NCBI RefSeq assembly: GCF_023055435.1
Contig: NW_025963846.1
Span: 5,952,001 to 6,016,000 of the forward strand
Direction: 5' to 3'
Length of the DNA stretch: 64,000 nt
Origin: Haliotis rufescens
Taxonomy: Eukaryota
Shown here: in pieces, positions 13,534-26,700 of the stretch
Numbering within the stretch: position 1 is the first letter of the stretch
Layout of the letters: every line of letters starts with the position of its first letter
Position numbers and translations under genes: made by a program
Notes under the pieces: model-generated
What the model saw: the letters and a program-made list of their open reading frames with translations, nothing else
Database searches by the model: none
Told to the model about the DNA's origin: nothing

Positions 13534-14248
13534 CAAACGATATGGTGATATGGTGCACTCAATATAAGGTAACAAGATAATATCATTGATAGTATATGAG
13601 TATATAACACTGATATTAATTGAGGTTGTAACACTGATAATATATAACCTTGTAACACTGATACTACATGAGTGAGTTGGGTGTAACGCCGCTTCGAACA
13701 TTATTTCAGCAATATCACGACGACCACAGGAATGGTGAAACAGCAAGCCTCATATTCGGTGCGATTCTCACATTCTCTCACATTTTGCATTTTCAGCATC
13801 TTTCGAACTCGCTTAAATGTCCGTTACAGTATTCCGGACAGCCAAGTCAAAGCGCCAGAAAACCCGATGCAATTTAAGCATTTCCTACGACCAGCAATGG
13901 GTATGCAGGCGACCCTGTGGTGACAATCCGAGGATTGATTTAGGAAAACCCTTTTTCAGTCCGTCATGAATGTCAGTGAAGGATTCGCCAGTATGTTTTC
14001 AAAGTCCTCGACGACAGGGGCGTGATGAACGTGATCATTGATTATTGTGCCTGGGTGAGTATGAGCGCACCCAGATGATATATCACCCGGACACGACACG
14101 ACACGCGGACCAGCCCCCATACATATGGTACCTTAATTCATTGTCACACCCTAGCGTCACAACACATCATGAGTCAGATCTGGCTACCCAAGTAAATATA
14201 AAGACAAGACTACCTCGCCATACTCCAGTTGTACGCATCCAGTTAAAG

Positions 14249-14463
14249 ATGAATGTATACCTAGTGGTCCTGGCCGTGGGGGTGAGTGCCGCCCTGCTCC
14301 TCGTGTCCCTCCCCAGGGTGGAGGGATTAAGTTGTGTTCACTGCAGTTATGTGAGGGTCAGGTGTAAAACCCTCCCCAAGTCCTGCCAAGCTACTCGAGG
14401 GCCGTGTGGGTGCTGCGACATCTGTGCAGGCAAGGTGGGACAGACGTGCTCCTTCTTCAAACC
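14249..14463 (+). CDS. perlustrin-like / single IGFBP-domain secreted protein, exon 1 (copy 1)
   Basis: Signal peptide MNVYLVVLAVGVSAALLLVSLPRVEG followed by LSCVHC...C...CQATRGPCGCCDICAGKVGQTC (IGFBP CGCCxxC motif); donor CC|GTATGT; TATAAA about 50 nt upstream. Confidence 0.85.
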
Positions 14464-14561
14464 GTATGTTTCACTTATTTAGTTCTTGCACGGCAGATTT
14501 CCTTTTTCTCTGATACAGTTTGTTGACATTATAATTGCTTTGGTGATGTTCCATCAAGTTT

Positions 14562-14830
14562 GATTGTTTGTTTGTATGTTGTTTAACACCGCACTCAGCA
14601 ATATTCCAGCTATATGACGGCGGTCTTTAAATTATCGAGTCTGAACCTGACAATCCAGTGATTGACAACATGAGCATCGATCCCCGCAATTGGGATCAAT
14701 CACATGCATCAACCAAGTCAGCGAGCCTGACCACCCGATCCCGTTAGTCGCCTCTTACGACAAGCATAGTCACCTTTTACGGCAAGTATGGGTTGCTGAA
14801 GACCTATTCTACCCCGTATCTTCACGGGTC
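14562..14830 (-). mobile_element. SINE-like element, family C (non-tRNA head GACCCGTGAAGATCCGGGG..., (CAAA)n tail)
   Basis: Homologous copies at 15448-15535, 23308-23550, 31431-31675(+), 61130-61212 and 62220-62482; shares the 3' GCTGGAATATTGCT..G.GGCGT.AA tail with family A. Confidence 0.75.
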
Positions 14831-15845
14831 ACCTCCTACTGACCAATCAAATTCCACCTCTCATGTCACTTGCATTTGCTTCAAACAAAATGGCGGCGCC
14901 CAGTCAAAACGATCTGAACAATAATCATGACATTTATTGTAATAAGACGGGTCTTACCTCGCAAAATGTATCTTACGAGTTAAGCACCTTGATTAAAAAC
15001 ATGAAAATATTTGGAAAATATCTGTCAACGCCCAGTTGTGGGAACACATGCTCTGCTAATTCTGCAATCGTGCGAAATCTGCTCTAAAGTTTACTAACAG
15101 GATGTCGATTTCGTTTCGTTTGTCCATCCAAAATGTGTCTCCATAATTCCAGCCTAGTTCGGGAAGGGTGGAAACTGGACATTTATAGTCAGTTAACTCC
15201 CTTGCCTCGGGAAGATGTATCCCCTAGGTAGGTGTGATGAAGGTCTGTAAAGAAATATTATTGGGTTTTTGAATTGTTTGATAACCATTACTTAGAAGTT
15301 GACGGATGACAATATAGACACAATTTATGGACAACAACCTTTTTAATTACTGTAAAGGCATCGTTTCGGGATAGATCCTTGTACCATTGTCAAGCAATAC
15401 TGACTTGACAACTTGACAGTCTTGCTTGATAACGGTATAATGATCCTGTTAGTCGGCTCTTACGACAAGCATAGTCGTCTTTAACGTCAAGCATGGGTTG
15501 CTGAAGACCTACTCTACCCCAGATCTTCACGGGTCTCCCTTAAGTAAATCACAAGGGCCCGGGTCATCTGAGACGCCGCAAATCCCAGCCGCTGATACAA
15601 AATAAAGTTACAACACTGATACTATCTACGGTTACACCACTAATGTTATAAAAGGTTATAACACTGATATAATATGTTATAAAACGGTATACTATAACGT
15701 TATAACACATACTACATAAGATACAACCAATATAAGGTGATAAGATAATATAATTGATAGCATATGAGTTTATGATATTATTTAAGGTTGTAACACTGAT
15801 AATATATAACCTTGTAACACTGATACTATATAAGGTGAGATGACA

Positions 15846-15886
15846 TTGGGTTTAACGTCGCGTCCAAGATTATTGCACTTACATAG

Positions 15887-15936
<50 letters not shown>

Positions 15937-16204
15937 CTGTGTGTGGCTGTGTGCGGCTGTGTGGCTTGTACTAGTCCGGACTGATGCCGATTTATAGTGC
16001 TAGCTCACTGAGTTACCATGCCGCAGTTTAGCATGAATACCCCACTCAGACATAGAATACTGACTCCGAGCCGGCCAGTCCTTGTTTTAGCTAATAAATG
16101 CCGAGCGCCAGACAGGGTAACAACAAGTACCATTTTTAACGTATGACGCGGGCGGGGATCGAGCCACGGACCGTCCGCCCTACCTCTAGACCACGGAGGC
16201 GGTC
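15846..16204 (-). mobile_element. SINE family B with internal (CA)n
   Basis: Reverse complement matches the 13295 copy. Confidence 0.75.
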
Positions 16205-16270
16205 TGATACTATATAAGAGTATCACACTGATACTATATTAGGTTGTATCGCTGATACTATTTTAGATTA

Positions 16271-16440
16271 GTGAGTGAGTGAGTGAGTATGGTTTTACGC
16301 CGCTTTTAGCAATATTCCAGCAATATCACGGCGGGGGACACCAGAAATGGGCTTCACACATTGTACCCATGTCGGGAATCGAACCCGGATTTTCAGCGTG
16401 ACGAGCGAACGCTTTAACCACTAGGCTACCCGACCGACCC
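16271..16440 (-). mobile_element. tRNA-derived SINE, family A
   Basis: TSD TTTTAGATTAGT; the empty site is preserved in the duplicated block at ~23944. Confidence 0.92.
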
Positions 16441-17209
16441 TTTTAGATTAGTACACTGCTACTAAATAAGATAAGACTAAATACATATCGCTATGAAGGT
16501 AATGTCAATGATAGTATATAAGGTTGTAACACTGACACTATATAAGGTTGTAACATTGATACTATATAAGGGTATGACACTGATACTCTACGGTTGTAAC
16601 ATGTTACTATATACGGTTACAAAACTAGTGCTGTCTACTGTTGTAACACTGATACTATATTCGGTTTAAAACACTGGTACTATACATGGTTATAAGACCC
16701 ATACTATGTACGGTCATAACAACTAACATTCAAACAAAAGGGAACTGTTTGCTTCTTGAATAATAATTGATCACTTGCATTGTACATAGCCTCTGGCCGC
16801 TCCAAACACAGCAGGTGACGGCATAGTGTAGTCCCGGATACACCCTGTTTCAAATGTGTTATCAGACGAAGTGTGCTAATGGCAACATCTGCAACACTTA
16901 TAGTCCACAGGCTTAGCAAACAATTGTGCACTTTTCGACACAAGCATGAGCTATTACCTGTAAAACTGAAGCGTTATGTTCATTTAATATTTATGTTTTA
17001 ATTTTATTTTTGTTTTTTCATAATCTTTTTCTAAATTGTGATATACTTGTAAAAGGACCCAACCTGTTGTAAACCAATCAGTCATTTAACGATTTGAGAA
17101 TCAAATCTGTTCACATTATGTGCAAGAGAGACAGAGTTGCAATACATTTCTTGTTGGTGTAATGAATTGACGAATTGCCTGGTAGCTTGGAGGGGAGCCA
17201 ATTAACAAC

Positions 17210-18872
17210 TACTTATCGTTATAACCCTGATAAAAAGGAAATGACACTGATACTATATAAGGTTGTAACACTGATACTATATAAGGTTGTAACCCCGATA
17301 CTATATAAGGTTGTAACACTGATACTGCATATCGTTATAACCCTGATAAAAAGGTAATGACACTGATACTATATAAGGTTGTAACACTGATACTATATAA
17401 GGTTGTAAAACTGATACTATATCAGGTTGTAACACTGATACTACATATCGTTATAACCCTGATAAAAAGGAAATGACACTGATACTATATAAGGTTGTAA
17501 CACTGATACTATATAAGGTTGTAACACTGATACTACATATCGTTATAACCCTGATAAAAAGGAAATTACGCTGATACTATATAAGGTTGTAACACTGATA
17601 CCATATAAGGTTTTTACACTGATACTACATATCGTTATAACCCTGATAAAAAGGAATTGACACTGATACTATATAAGGTTGTAACTCTGATACTATATAA
17701 GGTTGTAACACTGATACGATATCAGGTTGTAACACTAATACTATATAAGGTTGTAACTCTGATACTATATAAGGTTGTAACACTGATACTATATAAGGTT
17801 GTAACACTGATACTACATATCGTTGTAACCTTGATAAAAAGGAAGTTACACTGATACTATATAAGGTTGTAACACTGATACTATATAAGGTTGTAACACT
17901 GATACTACATATCGTTATAACCCTGATAAAAAGGAAATGACACTGATACTATATAAGGTTGTAACTCTGATACTATATAAGGTTGAAACACTGATACTAT
18001 ATCAGGTTGTAACACTGATACTATATAAGGTTGTAACTCTGATACTATATAAGGTTGTAACACTGATACTATATAAGGTTGTAACACTAATACCATATAA
18101 GGTTTTTACACTGATACTACATATCGTTATAACCCTGATAAAAAGGAAATGACACTGATACTATATAAGGTTGTAACTCTGATACTATATAAGGTTGTAA
18201 CACTGATACTATATCAGGTTGTAACACTAATACTATATAAGGTTGTAACACTGATACTATATAAGGTTGTCACACTGATACTATATAAGGTTGTAACACT
18301 GATACTACATATCGTTGTAACCTTGAAAAAAGGAAATTACACTGATACTATATAAGGTTGTAACACTGATACTATATAAGGTTGTAACACTGATACTACA
18401 TATCGTTATAACCCTGATAAAAAGGAAATGACACTGATACTATATAAGGTTGTAACACTGATACTACATATCGTTATAACCCTGATAAAAAGGAAATGAC
18501 ACTGATACTATATAAGGTTGTAACTCTGATACTATATAAGGTTGTAACACTGATACTATATATCGATATAGCCATGACAAAAAGGTAATGGCACTGTTAG
18601 TATATAAAGTTTTAACACTGATACTATATAAGGTTGTAACACTGATACTATATATCGATATTAGACTGATAAAAAGGTAATGACACTGATACTATATAAG
18701 GTTGTAACACTGATACTACATATCGTTATAGCCCTGATAAAAAGGAAATGACACTGATACTATATAAGGTTGTAACACTGATACTATATAAGGTTGTAAC
18801 ACTGATACTATAAAAGGTTGTAACACTAATACTATATAAGGTTGTAACACTGATACTACATATCGTTATAAC
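17210..18872. repeat. 24-bp satellite (ATATAAGGTTGTAACACTGATACT) with interspersed CCCTGATAAAAAGGAAATGA units
   Basis: Dozens of units; degenerate units extend over 15600-16700. Confidence 0.95.
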
Positions 18873-20934
18873 AGGCTTAGTAAACAATTGTGCACTTCTT
18901 GACACAAGCATGAGCTATTACCTGTAAAAGCGTTATGTTCATTTAATATTCATGTTTTTATTTTATTTTTGTTTTTTCATATTTTTTAAATATTTTTTTC
19001 TTAATTGTGACATACTAGTAAAAGGACCCAACCTGTTATAAACCAATCAGTCATTTAACGATTTGAGAATCAAATCTGTTCACATTATGTGCAAGAAAGA
19101 CAGAGTTGCAATACGCTCCTGTTGGTGTAATGAATTGACGAATTGACTGGTAGCTTGGAGGGGAGCCAATTAACAAACTGTCAACATTGCACAATATCAG
19201 TCAATGACAGGGCTTCTTGATATATCACCAAGGAAACAGAGTTTTGATTATGAAATAATACTGGTTAACTTTCTGTTCATATTGCTTACAATTCGGTCCC
19301 CAAAATAAATATCTGTGTATGCACATTATTGTCTATACAGTCTTGGTGAAGAATAACTGTAGAGGAAGAATACACATTTCTCAGAATTAATGACGATGAA
19401 GACAACAGAATGTGACTTTTCAGTGTCTTGTGATTTGTCGAACTGTCGTTTCTGTGTGACTTCAGTTACCTAATATTTTATTGCATTGTTGTGATACTGA
19501 TTCGTTCCGACTGATATTGGTCTGGTATCACTATTCGGTACACAGAAGGGAAGGCTCCATGTGATCTCTGTACTGACATACAGTTTCTGGTAGTGGCTCG
19601 TACTTTCATCAATGTAGACAACTTTCATACATCAAAAACATCATTCGTTAATGGCGCATATGATCTGGCGTCAGTTTGACGCCGGCGGAAGTTGGAGGTT
19701 GGAGGTCTGGCGTCTAATAGAGGAAATGCGGTATATCTCTGCCAGTTTACATATTATCAGTGACAAGGGTCAGTGTGCATGTGACAACGCAAAACATTCC
19801 AAAATCTAAATTGATAATTTCGTCTTTGGAAAACTAGGTCATTTTATTAACATTTTGTGAAAAACAAATTTTGACATAAAATGTTTAACAAATTGTACGT
19901 TTCTACCAAATTACCCGAACTTAAAACCAAACATCGCCCTAGACAGCTATTAAAGAAACCTTTCATTTGATATACGACATGGTGACATCTTTTATATTCT
20001 AAAGTGACGCATATAAATATGCACATACGCCTGAGAAATTTATTGTAACTTTAACGCACAATTGCTGTCAAGTTTGAAATAAAAACGGTAATTCATAACT
20101 ATATGATTTAATTGGTCATAAGTAGATTCCTTGACCATAAAAACATAGGCAAAGACACTAAAATAATATATTTATCTTTGTGTGCAGTCGAGATATGAGA
20201 CATTGAAATGTGAATGGCGGACATTTTTCAAAATGGCCGTCAGGATCGCCAGAGGTAAAACATTTGGTTGGGGTCCCGTTTTGAAACAATTTTTTATTGG
20301 TCATAGTAACTATGTGATTATTCCCTACATAACAAAAATGCATGACTATGTCGTATAAGAGGCTCCAGCCCCTGAACTATCATGACTTAGATCACAACAA
20401 GTTTTTACCGTTGTGGTATACGTCTTTCACTTCAATCATACGTCAATCATCTGTCCGGACAGCGGAAGGTCGGTGGTTCGATCCCAGACCGCATCGTACA
20501 AAATGACGTTTAAAGATGGTAGTTCTTGTTACCCTGCCTGACGTTCGACATCAAGGGGACATACTAAGGACTGGGCGGCGCGGTGTCAGTATATTGTGTC
20601 TGAGTGGGATATTCATGTTAAACTGCGGCATGGTATTAGTCCGGACAAGCAGCCCCACCCCCACCCCCACAAACACAAACACACACATCACCTGGCGCAC
20701 ACATACACACATCACCTGGCGCACACACACACATCACCTGGCACACCGTCGCTATATAAATGCAATAAGCTTGGACGCGACGTTAAACCCATTTCACCTC
20801 ACCACCAAAAGTATGTTATATCTTATAGAGAAGCCATCGGCCTTAGTTCTGAATAAAGGTTACATGTGTATTTCAAACAAATTAGTACTTGTTCTCCTGT
20901 GAGGAACCCGGGACCACAATATTTCGTGATTGTC

Positions 20935-22712
20935 ATTAGACAAGATTGGGAAGTGAGACTGTGAGTGAAATGACAAGATTGGGAAGGGAGACTAAGAGTG
21001 AATGACGAGATTGGGAAGTGAGACTGTGAGTGAAATGACAAGATTGGGAAGTGAGACTAAGAGTGAATGACGAGATTGGGAAGTGAGACTAAGAGTGAAA
21101 TGACAAGATTGGGAAGTGAGACTGTGAGTGAATGACGAGATTGGGAAGTGAGACTAAGAGTGAAATGACAAGATTGGGAAGTGAGACTGAGAGTGAACGA
21201 CGAGATTGGGATGTGAGACTAAGAGTAAATGACGAGATTGGGAAGTGAGACTGAGAGTGAATGACGAGATTGGGAAGTGAGAATGTGAGTGAATGACGAG
21301 ATTGGGAAGTGAGACTAAGAGTGAAATGACAAGATTTGGAAGTGAGACTAAGAGTGAAATGACAAGATTTGGAAGTGAGACTGAGAGTAAATGACGAGAT
21401 TGGGAAGTGAGACTAAGAGTGAATGACGAGATTGGGAAGTGAGACTGTGAGTAAATGACAACATTGGGAAGTGAGACTAAGATTGAAATGACAAGATTTG
21501 GAAGTGAGACTAAGAGTGAAATGGCGAGATTTGGAAGTGAGACTGTGAGTGAATGACGAGATTGGGAAGTGAGACTAAGAGTGAAATGACAAGATTTGGA
21601 AGTGGGACTGTGAGTGAATGACAAGATTGGGAAGTGAGACTAAGAGTGAAATGACAAGATTGGGAAGTGAAACTGAGAGTGAATGACGAGATTGGGAAGT
21701 GAGACTAAGAGTAAATGACAAGATTTGGAAGTGAGACTGTGAGTGAATGACACGATTGGGAAGTGAGACTAAGAGTGAAATGACAAGATTTGGAAGTGAG
21801 ACTGTGAGTGAATGACGAGATTGGGAAGTGAGACTAAGAGTAAATGACGAGATTGGGAAGTGAGACTAAGAGTGAAATGACAAGATTTGGAAGTGAGACT
21901 AAGAGTGAAATGACAAGATTTGGAAGTGAGACTGAGAGTAAATGACGAGATTGGGAAGTGAGACTAAGAGTGAATGACGAGATTGGGAAGTGAGACTGTG
22001 AGTAAATGACAACATTGGGAAGTGAGACTAAGATTGAAATGACAAGATTTGGAAGTGAGACTAAGAGTGAAATGGCGAGATTTGGAAGTGAGACTGTGAG
22101 TGAATGACGAGATTGGGAAGTGAGACTAAGAGTGAAATGACAAGATTTGGAAGTGAGACTGTGAGTGAATGACAAGATTGGGAAGTGAGACTAAGAGTGA
22201 AATGACAAGATTGGGAAGTGAAACTGAGAGTGAATGACGAGATTGGGAAGTGAGACTAAGAGTAAATGACAAGATTTGGAAGTGAGACTGTGAGTGAATG
22301 ACAAGATTGGGAAGTGAGACTAAGAGTGAAATGACAAGATTGGGAAGTGAAACTGAGAGTGAATGACGAGATTGGGAAGTGAGACTAAGAGTAAATGACG
22401 AGATTGGGAAGTGAGACTGTGAGTGAATGACAAGATTGGGAAGTGAGACTAAGAGTGAATGACAAGATTGGGAAGTGAGACTAAGAGTAAATGACGAGAT
22501 TGGGAAGTGAGACTAAGAGTGAATGACAAGATTGGGAAGTGAGACTAAGAGTAAATGACGAGATTGGGATGTGAGACTGTGAGTGAATGGCGAGATTGGG
22601 AAGTGCGACAGAGAGCGAATAAAATTGGGAAGTGAGATGGCTACTGAATGATAAGATTGGGAAGTGAGACTAAGAGTGAATGACAGGATTGGGAAGTGAG
22701 ACTTAGAGTGAA
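20935..22712. repeat. 32-34-bp satellite (GACGAGATTGGGAAGTGAGACTAAGAGTGAAT)
   Basis: About 50 units; lies at the junction of the segmental duplication. Confidence 0.95.
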
Positions 22713-23005
22713 GAGTACCAGTATTTCAAGCACCGGCTCTGTGAACACTGACTGCACCATATCCTCGACGACAGGGGCGTGATGAACGTGATCATTGATA
22801 ATTGTGCCTGGGTGAGAATGAGCGTACCCAGATGATATCTCACCCGGACACGACACGACACATGGACCCGCCCCCATACATATGGTACCTTAATTCATTG
22901 TCACACCCAAACGTCACATCACATCATGTGTCAGATCTGGCTACCCAAGTCAATATAGAGACCAGACTGCCTCGCTATACTCCAGTTGTACGCATCCAGT
23001 TAAAG

Positions 23006-23673
23006 ATGAATGTATACCTAGTGGTCCTGGCCGTGGGGGTGAGTGCCGCCCTGCTCCTCGTGTCCCTCCCCAGGGTGGAGGGATTAAGGTGTGTTCACTG
23101 CAGTTATCAGAGGGTCAGGTGTAAAACCCTCCCCAAGTCCTGCCAAGCTACTCGAGGGACGTGTGGTTGCTGCGACATCTGTGCAGGCAAGGTGGGACAG
23201 AAGTGCTCCATCTTCAAACCGTATGTTTCACTTATTTTGTGCTTGCACGTCAGAATTCTCTCTTCTCTGATCCAGTTTGCTGACAATATAATTACTTTAG
23301 TGAAAGTTTGATTGTTTGTTTGTTGTTAAATGCCGCACTCAGCATTTTGACGGTAGTCTGTAAATAATCCAGTGATTGACAACATGCATATGAGCATCGA
23401 TCCACGCAATTGGGATCGATGACATGCATCAACCAAGTCAGCGAGCCTGACCACCCAATCCCGTTAGTCGCCACTCACGACAAGCATAGTCGCTTTTCAC
23501 AGCAAGCATGGGTAGCTGAAGACCGATTCTACCCCGGATCTCCACGGGTCTCCCTAAAGTAAATCACGAGGGCTCGGGTCGTCTAAGACGCCGCAAATCC
23601 CAGCCGCTGATACTATATAAAGTTACAACACTGATTCTATCTACGGTTACACCACTTATTTTGATAGGTTAAT

Positions 23674-23717
<44 letters not shown>

Positions 23718-26700
23718 AATAATAATGTTATAAAACGGTATACTAAGACGTTATAACACATACTACATAAGAAACAATCAAGGTATATACATACAATCAA
23801 TATAAGGTAATAAGATAATATCATTGATAGTATATAAGTTCACAACACTGATATTATTTAAGGTTGTAACACTGATAATATATAACCTTGCAACACTGAT
23901 ACTATATAAATTTATCATAATGATACTATATAAGGTTGTACTTTTTTAGATTAGTACACTGATACTAAATAAGAGCATAACACTGATAGTGTACTGAACA
24001 ACAAAAGTACCTGTGACATTGAATACGATTTAATGCAAAGTAATGTTTTTTACCAAATCTGAAACAATTTCGGTTTGCAACAGATAAAAGACTCCTGTAA
24101 GTGTTCAAATGGTTCATAAAAAAACAACACATAAACATGCCAAAATGTCAATTTACAAATCATTAGCGTGTGTGTCCACCTCTGGTTTGCGATGCAAGCA
24201 ACTCATCTTCGTCTCATGGAATGGACCAGGCGTCGCACAAAGTCCTGTGAGATATCTGTCCATTTCTGCTGGAGCATGTTTCAAAGTCCTGGAGTGTCTG
24301 TGGAACACGTGGTTGACGTCGAAGGCGCCGATCAATTTCATCCCACATGTGCTCGATTGGTGAGAGATCAGGGGAGCGAGTCGGCCAGGGGATGACGTTT
24401 TTACGTTGTTTTGTTGAAGAGAATTCTGAACAAGTCGAGCAATATGAGACAATCCCTGCATATCTAAGGCGACGACGTAGGGTCGATACGATATTCGGGC
24501 CAGGGATGCTTCTTGCAGTCACTGTTGCTGGCTGGAATCGATTTCGTAGATTTGTTGTTCGAATCCAGTTGTCTTGTCGATTATTGGTTACGCGTGGCCT
24601 GCCACTCCGAGGATGGTCTCTGACTGCATTCGTCTGTTGCCAACGTTGCCATAAACACCAAATGGTGTTTCTGTGGACGTTAAATTGTCTTGCAACATCA
24701 CGTTGACTCGATCCTGCTTCAAGTACATCATCGGCTCGCAGACGCTCATTTTCGGACAGGCGTGGTATTTCGTATATAAGGTTGTAACACTGATAGTATA
24801 TAAGGTTGTAACACTGACAGTATATAAGGTTGTTACACTGACAGTATATAAGGTTGTAACACTGATAGTATATAAGGTTATAACACTGATACTATATAAG
24901 GTTGTAACACTGACAGTATATAAGGTTGTAACACTGATAGAATATAAGGTTGTAACACTGACAGTATATAAGGTTGTAACACTGACAGTATATAAAGTTG
25001 TAACACTGATAGTATATAAGGTTGTAACACTGACAGTTTATAAGGTTGTAACACTGATAGTATATAAGGTTGTAACACTGATACTATATAGGGCTGTAAC
25101 ACTGACAGTATATTAGGTTATAACACTGATGGTATATAAGGTTGTAACACTGACAGTATATAAGGTTGTGACACTGATACTATATAAGGTTGTAACACTG
25201 ATACTATATAAGGTTGTAACACTGATACTATATATCGATATAACACTGATAAAAAGGTAATAACACAGATAGTATATAAGGTTGTAACACTGATACTATA
25301 TAAGGTTGTAACACTGATACTATATAAGGTTGTAACACTGATACTATATATCGATATAACACTGTTAAAAAGGTAATGGCACTGTTAGTATGTAAAGTTT
25401 TAACACTGATACTATATAAGGTTGTAACACTGATACTATATATCGAAATAACACTGATAAAAAGGTAATGACACTGATAGTATATAAGGTTGAACACTGA
25501 TACTATTTAAGGTTGTAACACTGATAGTATATAAGGTTGTAACACTGATACTATATAAGGTTTTAACACTGATACTATATAAGGTTGTAACACTGATACT
25601 ATATATGGGTATAACACTGATAAAAAGGTAATGACACTGATAGTATATATGGCTATAACACTGATACTATAGAAGGGTATGACACTGATGCTCTTCGGTT
25701 GTAACATGTTACTATATACGGTTACAAAACTGATGCTGTCTACTGTTGTAACACTGATACTATATTCGGTTACAACACTGATACTTTACATGGTTATAAG
25801 ACCCATACTATGTGCGGTCATAACAACTAAAAATCAAACAAAAGGGAACTGTTTGCTTCTTGAATATTAATTGATCACTTGCATTGTACATAGCCTCTGG
25901 CCGCTCCAAACACAGCAGGTGACGGTATAGTGTAGTCCCGGATACACACTGTTTCAAATGTGTTATCAGACGAAGCGTGCTAATGGCAACATCTGCAACA
26001 CTCATAGTCAACAGGCTTAGCAAACAATTGTGCACTTTTCGACACAAGCATGAGCTATTACCTGTAAAACTGAAGCGTTATGTTCATTTAATATTCATGA
26101 TTTAATTTATTATTGTTTTTTTCATATTTCTTTTCCATTTCGTTCTAAATTGTGATATACTTGTAAAAGGACCCAACCTGTTGTAAACCAATCAGTCATT
26201 TAACGATTTGAGAATCAAATCTGTTCACATTATGTGCAAGAAAGACAGAGTTGCAATACGCTCCTGTTGGTGTAATGAATTGACGAATTGACTGGTAGCT
26301 TGGAGGGGAGCCAATTAACAAACTGTCAACATTGCACAATATAAGTAAATGACAGGGCTTCTTGAAAAATCAACAAGGAGTTTTGATTATGAAATAATAC
26401 TGGTTAACTTTCTGTTCATATTGCTTGCTTTATTGCATTGTTGTGAAACTGATTCGTTCTGACTGTTATGGGTCTGGTATCACTATTCGGTACACAGAAG
26501 GGAAGGCTCCATGTGATTTCTGTACTGACATATAGTTTCTGGTAGTGGCTCGTACTTTCATCAATGTAGACAACTTTCATACATCAAAAACATCATTCGT
26601 TTATGGAGCATATGATCTGGCGTCAGTTTGACGCCGGCGGAAGTTGGAGGTTGGAGGTCTGGCGTCTAATAGAGGAAATACGGTATATCTCTGCCAGTTA

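Noticed and set aside
17175-25707. Many VVTLILYK and SQSHF repeat ORFs
   Set aside because: Satellite translations.
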